A DNA stretch of 63,488 nt, the filler included, from Klebsormidium nitens (lineage: Eukaryota > Plantae > Klebsormidiophyceae): the NCBI GenBank assembly GCA_000708835.1. It is 8 parts of 8 records of this genome, joined end to end, with 100 filler letters (N's around TTAATTAATTAA, not from the genome) between each part and the next. Parts side by side here need not be neighbours in the genome. Positions count along the whole stretch, not along the records: positions 55,670 to 63,488 come from DF238293.1; 7 more parts are not named here. One strand, 5' to 3'. Position numbers and translations under genes: made by a program. The first letter of the stretch is position 1, and each line of letters opens with the position of its first letter. Shown one piece after another: positions 61,724 through 63,488 of the stretch. The notes beneath the pieces were generated by a model that ran no database searches, was not told where the DNA came from, and was given only the letters and a program-made list of their open reading frames with translations.

Positions 61724-62703
61724 ATGGAGAGAGAACTAGAAACGCTAATTGCCATCAAGGGGCTCCCTTGGCTGGTGGGAAAGGACTTCCAGGTGATGTT
61801 CGAGGGGAGACCGGTCTAAACCATCCTGTCAGAGCTTCACCCAGATGGCACTTTCTCTGGTGTAGATGAGCACGGTAACCGTTATCCGGGCACCATCCCT
61901 CCTGCGGACTTAAGGATTGGCAGGGGTACACGCCTGAACAATGACCCTGTGATTGAGGCCCTGAAGGAGTACAAATTGGAATGGGAGCAGTACACTGTGG
62001 CCATCCCTGGGTTTGGGGCCTTCCCCGCCCCTCCTCGCGAGCAGCCACAGCCGGGAATTCGACCTGAAGGGTATGCAGTGCGCTTTGGGGTTCCCCCTAA
62101 TGCGCAGGCGTTTCACCAGGCAGGACCGGGTCAGGCTGACGTCAGACCCCCCCCGGTTCAGATCCCGCCGAACTACGGGTTTGGGGTAAACCTTGAACAA
62201 ACCCCGGCTGCCCTGCCTGCACAGACGCCGGCAATGAGAATCTTGCAAGGGGGTTTGAATAACCCCTATCATCCTGCATCCACTGCCAGGTTGGAGAAGA
62301 CGATTCGACAGTTGGTGTCTAAGGGGACTCTGGAGTCTCATTTGACGTCCGTCCTGAGAGAGATCAACCCGAAGCTGACCGCATGGCACACCAAGGCGAC
62401 CTACCTCTTCGACATCTACCAGGAGTCGGATTCTCAAGTGGCACATCTGATGTCAGCGGTTTACCTATACGCCACGCGACTCAACTACGTCTCGCCGGAT
62501 TTGGAGTGGCTCTCCAACGCTTTCGTGGCGGAGAGAAAGATGAAAATCGAGCAGGCAGGGGACAGCACGACCTGGACGGCGGAGACGCGGGCGACTTTGG
62601 AAGCGGACATCCGCCATGCCTTCTTTGATAGCAAGGCAAAGGCGGACACACTGCTGGGGAAGGGTGTAGTCCGCCCCCTCTTCGACCCTGACAAGCCGCC
62701 CAG
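61724..62703 (+). pseudogene. Paralogue of the ORF1/gag candidate, one in-frame stop
   Basis: MERELETLIAIKGLPWLVGKDFQVMFEGRPV*TILSELHPDG.. aligns from the N-terminus with 49740. TAA at 61817-61819; GT donor after 62703 at a position equivalent to the other copy. Confidence 0.6.
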
Positions 62704-63488
62704 GTAAGACATCCGACGATTCTCCTCAAGCAGAGGCCTGTGGCCATCGGGTTTACCTCGATAGAGTGCTCGAATTTGATGGTGCAGAAATTTTGGCCCG
62801 GTATGTAATTCTGTCAGGAATTGTCAAAACACACCTGTGGTAGAGAGTCTGGCTGTCTCTTCGGAGGACAAGACTCCCTTTTGAATTCACTGTAGAGAAG
62901 TGCAAACGCCAACCGCGTTTCGAAAGTATTAGACTGGAGTTGTCATGAAAGCCCTTTGGGCAAAACCGGAATCAGACGGGGTGACGTCAGAATCGGACGC
63001 TCGATCGGCGGATCGGTTAGAGCCAATTGTTCAGGCCCTGTGGGCAAGGCGAAAGGGATGCTGATGGGATCAGAACTCAGAGCTTGCTGCTCGGCCATGT
63101 GAGCCTCCGTGACGTCATCCGTCGGACTGAATGTCCAGGCCCTATGGGCAGAATCCAAGCGGGTATCCTGCTTTGGAAAAGAGGGCAGAAGGCCCAGCCA
63201 TGTGCGCACGGATTAAGGCATAAACGCCTCTCGAAATGTGAGACAAGCCTATAATAGGCTGGCATGTGTCCTAACGCCGGTTTGGCCGGCCTGCAGGAGA
63301 AACAACGTCAGCTACCAGGGCGCATGGAACGCTCCGCCTCCGGGCGGAAGACCAAACTTCGGAGGCGGAACGGGCGGCGGCCGCGGAAGGTTCGTGTGAC
63401 GGTTGGACAGGGTTTACACGCTGCCTGTCTACTTCACATGTGCGGAAACCATGCGAAGCTTTCCAGCACGCCTTGGGATCACCTCAGC

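Noticed and set aside
1-63488. Fanzor/TnpB, IscB, Helitron Rep/helicase, giant-virus core genes or rRNA
   Set aside because: No RuvC, HUH, SF1 helicase, NCLDV hallmark or rRNA motifs were recognised by eye. A profile search would be needed to exclude highly diverged copies.

Overview
Eukaryotic, intron-rich (GT-AG) DNA. Gene content and codon style suggest a streptophyte green alga (Klebsormidium-like); this is inference. The window is eight contigs joined by seven artificial 100-nt linkers (44 N + TTAATTAATTAA + 44 N), so adjacency across linkers is not biological evidence. Four protein genes have reconstructable, open spliced frames. Three are complete: a 14-exon MAP3K-epsilon (Cdc7/SepH-type) kinase (7421-14244), a DsbA/FrnE-like thioredoxin-fold gene (36935-40252) and a small acyl-CoA-binding protein (41020-42781). 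The fourth is a Crinkler-like NTPase+REase gene whose 5' end is unresolved (56434-59102). There is also a pseudogenised CHR10/ALC1-type macrodomain 3' end (1-1532). The rest is mostly mobile or decayed DNA: Ty3/gypsy and Ty1/copia remnants, a KDZ/CxC fragment, LINE 3' ends and unknown pseudogenes. The most interesting object is a tyrosine-recombinase retrotransposon at about 43770-50722, with RT-RNaseH-adenine methyltransferase pol and an antisense, convergent recombinase. Upstream of pol lie an unrecognised ORF1 with a Tudor/SH3-like N-terminus (paralogue at 61724) and a stem-loop repeat/variable-spacer array that recurs at 26876-27330. All homology calls are by eye from remembered family motifs; no searches were run.
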